Below, one piece after another: positions 15,746 through 20,000 of a stretch of 20,000 nucleotides of DNA (position 1 is its first letter; each line of letters opens with the position of its first letter). The DNA is taken from sequence record SRR31156797_9223. One strand, given 5' to 3'. The notes beneath the pieces were generated by a model. That model ran no database searches. It was not told the origin of the DNA and saw only the letters and a program-made list of their open reading frames with translations. A program made the position numbers and the translations under genes.

Positions 15746-18031
15746 TTGTTTCAGAATACTTCAATAAGAGTTCGTCTAATAGGGGCTATCATTTTTGGAT
15801 TTTTCTTATTAGGCGGAGTAATTACGTTCATTTCCGTAAAAAAATCTTACGACACGGCTGTCGCCATGAAGCTTAGCCAGCTTGATTCAATACGTGCGGC
15901 AAAACAAGAGCATTTAGAGGACTATTTTAATCAGACTGCAAATTTATTATTGTCTAATGCTGGCAGCACTCAGGTGCAAAATGCTTTAAACGATTTCAGC
16001 AACGCTTTCTATAAAATTGCTGATCAGACTGGGTTTGATTTTAATAATAACAGATCAAACATCTTAGACCATTATAACAACCTATTTTTGGATAAAGTAA
16101 CCTATGGTGTGCCTAATGCGGAGGAGAGAAAAGAGACAGAATCTTATCTTCCTGTATCTGGTAACGGTAAAGCTGCTCAGCAGTTATATATTATCGATAA
16201 CCCTGAGCCAATTGGTGAAAAAAATAATAAAACAGATATCAAAAGAAGTGATGTCGATTATGCAGAATATCATAAGTATTATCACGATAGTTTTAATACA
16301 ATCTTAAACAAGTTTGCTCTGTACGACATCTTTCTTATAAATACTAAGGGAGACCTTGTATACACAGTATTTAAAGAGAAAGACTACGCCACAAACCTCT
16401 TCACGGGGATTTATGCGAATACCGGGCTGGGCGATGCCTATCAGAAAGCGATGAAGTTAAATCAGGGCGAGATTTATTTAAACGATTTTAAACCGTATGA
16501 ACCGAGCTACAATCTTCCCGCTTCATTTATTTCAACACCTGTTTATGAGAATGGCGAGAAAACAGGCGTTATGATACTGCAAATGTCAATCGATAAGATA
16601 GACGATATCATGAGCTTCAAAGGGAATTATGAAGGTGCCGGGCTTGGCAAAACAGGTCGGAGCTATATCGTTGGCAGTGACCGCACCCTCAGGAATAATG
16701 ACAGATTCCTCAAAGAGAGTAAAAACGAACTTGTTACAAAACTAGGGACAACTATAGGAGTTCTTCGTTCTGACGACCCATCAGTTGAGAAAGCTCTGGC
16801 GGGGCAAACCGGCGCCGAGATATGTGTTACTGAGGGCGGTAAAAAACTTCTTACATCTTTTTCCGGGCTGGATATTTTCGGAATGAAGTGGGCGATATCT
16901 CTTGATATAGAGAAAGATGAAGCTCTGTCCGGAGCTATAAACCTGCGTAACACATTGATAATAATATCAGTTGTCATAACAGTCCTGTTGGCTCTTCTTA
17001 TGACTCTTCTGATGAATAGAGTTGTGCTTAATAAGTTGAAAACTGTGATTCTTTTGATGGAAAACCTTGTTACCGGAGATGCAGACCTCACTAAGCGTTT
17101 GAAGCTGGCGAAAAAAGAAGATATGAGCTCTGATGAAATTATCAGGCTTACTCAATATATTGATGCATTTATCCTGACTGTTCATGAAATCATAACAGAG
17201 ATAAAGGATAAATCTGGTAACATCAATGGTGAGACAACAGAGCTTACGGGCATTTCTGACGAGCTTGCAAAAGCCTTTGATGATCAGAGTGCGCGCATCA
17301 GCGATATCGCATCAGCAATGGAAGAGATGAGTGTTACATCCGAAATGGTTTTAACGAACCTTGATCAAACTCTTGAGAAAACATCAACAGCACACGATAA
17401 GACTAACGACGGGATTGAGGCGTTAGGCAATGTTGTTGGCAGTATACATGATATCAGCGGAAAGGTCGGGCAGCTTTCTGAGATAATTAAAGGTTTGAAC
17501 GATTCATCATCACAGATCGGTGATATCCTTAATGTGATAAACGATATTGCTGACCAGACAAACCTCCTCGCACTTAATGCGGCTATAGAGGCTGCGAGAG
17601 CCGGGGAAGCCGGGCGTGGTTTTGCTGTTGTAGCAGACGAAGTGAGAAAGCTTGCCGAGCGGACACAGGTAGCTACTACAGAGATAAGTACAATCGTGAC
17701 TTCACTACAGAATGAAAGCAGTAACGCCTCTAAAGAGATGCGGAATGCTGAGGGGACTGTAGAGGATGGTGTCGAAACAATAAATAAGGCAAACGAGATA
17801 TTCAGCGAGATAGTGACCTCTGTGCAGGATATTAACGAGGCGAGCAACAGTATTGAAACTGCCGTACGTGAGCAGAATTCGGCAATAGACTCAGTTACGG
17901 AGAGTGTTAATTCAATTTCGATGACTGTACAGCAGAATAATGATTCTGTTACTATGGTTTCTGATAAGCTATCCAGCCTCAATGGACTTGTATCAGATAT
18001 GAACCAGACGGTGAATAGGTTTAAAACTTAA
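15746..18031 (+). CDS. Methyl-accepting chemotaxis protein (TM - dCache-like periplasmic domain - TM - HAMP - signalling domain)
   Basis: Two TM helices; [23 protein letters not shown] periplasmic signature; [59 protein letters not shown] 15746 with GGAGG at 15735-15739. Confidence 0.95.
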   Translation: MFQNTSIRVRLIGAIIFGFFLLGGVITFISVKKSYDTAVAMKLSQLDSIRAAKQEHLEDYFNQTANLLLSNAGSTQVQNALNDFSNAFYKIADQTGFDFNNNRSNILDHYNNLFLDKVTYGVPNAEERKETESYLPVSGNGKAAQQLYIIDNPEPIGEKNNKTDIKRSDVDYAEYHKYYHDSFNTILNKFALYDIFLINTKGDLVYTVFKEKDYATNLFTGIYANTGLGDAYQKAMKLNQGEIYLNDFKPYEPSYNLPASFISTPVYENGEKTGVMILQMSIDKIDDIMSFKGNYEGAGLGKTGRSYIVGSDRTLRNNDRFLKESKNELVTKLGTTIGVLRSDDPSVEKALAGQTGAEICVTEGGKKLLTSFSGLDIFGMKWAISLDIEKDEALSGAINLRNTLIIISVVITVLLALLMTLLMNRVVLNKLKTVILLMENLVTGDADLTKRLKLAKKEDMSSDEIIRLTQYIDAFILTVHEIITEIKDKSGNINGETTELTGISDELAKAFDDQSARISDIASAMEEMSVTSEMVLTNLDQTLEKTSTAHDKTNDGIEALGNVVGSIHDISGKVGQLSEIIKGLNDSSSQIGDILNVINDIADQTNLLALNAAIEAARAGEAGRGFAVVADEVRKLAERTQVATTEISTIVTSLQNESSNASKEMRNAEGTVEDGVETINKANEIFSEIVTSVQDINEASNSIETAVREQNSAIDSVTESVNSISMTVQQNNDSVTMVSDKLSSLNGLVSDMNQTVNRFKT

Positions 18032-18073
18032 TAAATATTTATCCAAGTTTCAAAATGATGAAGTGAGAGAGTT

Positions 18074-18104
18074 AAAGGCGGGCATTTTGTCTGCCTTTTA
18101 TTTT
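18074..18104 (+). terminator. Rho-independent terminator after the MCP gene
   Basis: AAAGGCGGGCA-ttt-TGTCTGCCTTT stem (two G-U pairs) followed by TATTTT. Confidence 0.8.
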
Positions 18105-18121
18105 ATATGCTAACAAATTTC

Positions 18122-18130
18122 TGCTATAAT
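18122..18130 (+). promoter_or_regulatory. Extended -10 promoter for the pentapeptide-repeat gene
   Basis: Perfect TGcTATAAT, 40 nt upstream of the ATG at 18171 and just after the terminator. Confidence 0.6.
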
Positions 18131-18170
18131 CGTCTTATATTACGAAGTATATTTTTTTGCGGGTGGCTAT

Positions 18171-19868
18171 ATGATCAGATTTATTTTAGTTTCTCTGATG
18201 TTTTTCGGGCTTATCTCCTGTGTGGAGTTTGATTCCGGTAGTTCTGAACCTGTTGCTGAAAAGAATCCGGAAGGGATATGGATTGGTCAGCAGGCTATCA
18301 TTGGCGATGGGGTCTATGATATGAAGACGCTCATTTATGACGGCAGAATAATAGGTATATCAGAGGAAGCAGGGCTGCTTTTTTCAGGTACTTATGAGAT
18401 GTCTCACGGTAAATATTTAGTCTCAGACGGTTCAGAAAGCTCTACTACTGACTATGTCGCTTATAATCTTAACGATAACGGCAGCTTCTTCTCCAGAGGG
18501 ATAGTGACTGTTGATGTTGATGAGAAAGAAAGCTTTTCAGGTGCTTTCTCTAATGATGTTATGCAAGAGGGTGAGGTGTCGTCATACTACTCCTCTCTGT
18601 TTGAGCGGACGTCATCCTTGGGATATCTTCCAAATAGCGTGAGTAACAGTATTCTTGGTATTTCAATTAATGCTAATGGAGCTTTCTCCGGTGATTTCTC
18701 CGGTTGTGATATATCAGGGAATATAAGCACTTCTGAACCTGAAAAGAATATCTATACAGTGGCGTATTCACTTTCTAATTGCGCAAATAGCGGTATATAC
18801 GAAGGGCTTGGATTCGTCAGTATGATAGATGATGACGCCTATATGACCTTATTTGCATCGAGTGGTTCACGAATGGATTTCTTCGGTTTTAAGCTTGATT
18901 CTGTACCGGAGGAATTTCAATCATCGGCAGAGAATGTCACTGCTGCAAGGGTTACGACAGTTTACGATGGTATATATGGTGAAAACCACGACGGTGAAGA
19001 CTTTAGCGGTGCATTTGTTAGTGCTACTCTTGAGAACTCAAGTTTTATAGGTGCTGATTTCAGCGGTTCAACTGTTTATGCTGTCTGCTGTTCATACAAC
19101 GATTCTCAAAGTGATAGAATAAATAATTCAGATTTTACTGATGCAGATTTTTCAAATGCAAATATATCATCCTTTTCAGTTTCGGATTACATAACTGCTG
19201 TGCCAGATTTTCCTTTATCAACAATAATTGACGATCCTGATTCGATTGTCGGCAGTAAGTTTAATAACGTTGACTTTACAGGCGCTACTGTTGATTTTGA
19301 TGCGGATGACTCTGAATATAAAAATGCAGATTTTACTGGTGCGACACTCACTGGTGAAGTAGATGATTCAGATTTTTATAAAGCAAAATTTAATGATACT
19401 GATTTTGAGCTTAGAATGACTTCTTCAGAAGCTGTGAATGCAGATTTTAGGGGAGCAGAATTTACTCCTGATCCGGAGGGGAGTTACTTTGCTATTGTAG
19501 AGATCGACTTTGTGCTTGCTAACCTGAAAGGGGCAAATTTTGAAGGGACTGACTGGTCAAAGCTGAACGTTATAGAAAGCAGATTAGACTATGCTAACCT
19601 TAAAGATGTAGAGAATATCAGAGGCGGCTCAGGAAAGCTTATTGCGACCTATCTGGGTAATGCTTGGTGGACAGACGGCTCCAGATGTGCTGCTCACTCA
19701 ATCTCTTTATGCCTCCCTAAGCTGATGGATAACGGGCTTACCTATGAAGCGTATCTTAATGGTAAGTCTGATCTTGAACAGGACTTAGAGAACGCCAAAG
19801 CGACTGCGCAATATGTAGCTGAAGAAGCGAAGAGTGTTGTTAAGAGTGTCTGGAAGAGTATTTGGTAA
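18171..19868 (+). CDS. Pentapeptide-repeat lipoprotein
   Basis: Signal peptide with lipobox LISC; beta-rich N-terminal half; A(D/N)(F/L)xx repeats (SDFTD ADFSN, SKFNN VDFTG, ADFTG ATLTG, ANLKG ANFEG); AWWTDGSRC..HSISLC cap. Confidence 0.85.
   Translation: MIRFILVSLMFFGLISCVEFDSGSSEPVAEKNPEGIWIGQQAIIGDGVYDMKTLIYDGRIIGISEEAGLLFSGTYEMSHGKYLVSDGSESSTTDYVAYNLNDNGSFFSRGIVTVDVDEKESFSGAFSNDVMQEGEVSSYYSSLFERTSSLGYLPNSVSNSILGISINANGAFSGDFSGCDISGNISTSEPEKNIYTVAYSLSNCANSGIYEGLGFVSMIDDDAYMTLFASSGSRMDFFGFKLDSVPEEFQSSAENVTAARVTTVYDGIYGENHDGEDFSGAFVSATLENSSFIGADFSGSTVYAVCCSYNDSQSDRINNSDFTDADFSNANISSFSVSDYITAVPDFPLSTIIDDPDSIVGSKFNNVDFTGATVDFDADDSEYKNADFTGATLTGEVDDSDFYKAKFNDTDFELRMTSSEAVNADFRGAEFTPDPEGSYFAIVEIDFVLANLKGANFEGTDWSKLNVIESRLDYANLKDVENIRGGSGKLIATYLGNAWWTDGSRCAAHSISLCLPKLMDNGLTYEAYLNGKSDLEQDLENAKATAQYVAEEAKSVVKSVWKSIW
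18988..19665 (+). repeat. Pentapeptide repeat coding region (imperfect, interrupted)
   Basis: Recurring (G/T)CAGATTTT DNA units and xDFxx/ANLxx peptide units. Boundaries approximate. Confidence 0.7.
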
Positions 19869-19914
19869 TAATAGGTGAGCTTTAATTGCCAGACATCTAT
19901 ATTTAGTAATAGAT

Positions 19915-19947
19915 AAGGCGGAGTTTTTGGCTCCGCCTTTGTTGTTT
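19915..19947 (+). terminator. Rho-independent terminator after the pentapeptide-repeat gene
   Basis: AAGGCGGAGT-ttttg-GCTCCGCCTT stem followed by TGTTGTTT. Confidence 0.8.
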
Positions 19948-20000
19948 ATATTGTTATCAGCCGAATGAAATGAGGCGTTAAGCTAGAAATATTTAGTTTA

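Noticed and set aside
17365..17982. 205-aa antisense ORF in the MCP gene (also 16663-17091)
   Set aside because: Shadow of the coiled-coil coding frame; no RBS or recognisable motif.
18988..19665. Recurring GCAGATTTT units as a CRISPR or non-coding repeat array; protein as a Qnr resistance factor
   Set aside because: The units are short, irregularly spaced and in frame with peptide repeats. The protein is a 565-aa lipoprotein, unlike cytoplasmic Qnr.
19946..20000. Possible 3' end of a minus-strand gene entering from the right
   Set aside because: Only about 17 open codons are visible; cannot be supported.

Overview
Bacterial chromosomal window (moderate GC, AT-rich intergenic gaps). Gene content and style resemble an anaerobic Gram-negative such as Deferribacterota; this is an inference, not a database result. 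From left to right: the 5' end of a TAXI TRAP solute-binding gene, a universal stress protein, an RluA-like pseudouridine synthase and an atypical KamA-family radical SAM enzyme (all minus strand). Next is a coupled plus-strand operon prmA-metallophosphoesterase-rsmE-tadA, then a stand-alone PilZ gene. An eight-gene, almost gap-free minus-strand operon follows: polyprenyl synthase, AmmeMemoRadiSam radical SAM, ApbE flavin transferase, NusG-II/DUF1312, Gx transporter/HepPP synthase component I, Maf, acyl-CoA ligase and priA. The window ends with a methyltransferase-fold hypothetical coupled to ridA, a dCache-type chemoreceptor and an acidic pentapeptide-repeat lipoprotein. No rRNA, tRNA, CRISPR array or mobile element was recognised. 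Best leads: (1) a module resembling the Listeria flavin-based electron transfer genes (dmkB/fmnB/eetA/eetB) with an orphan AmmeMemoRadiSam enzyme inserted and no flavinylation substrate; (2) the KamA-like enzyme, which lacks the known substrate-determining residues and has a perfect 18-bp palindrome in its promoter; (3) the pentapeptide-repeat lipoprotein; (4) the degenerate methyltransferase.
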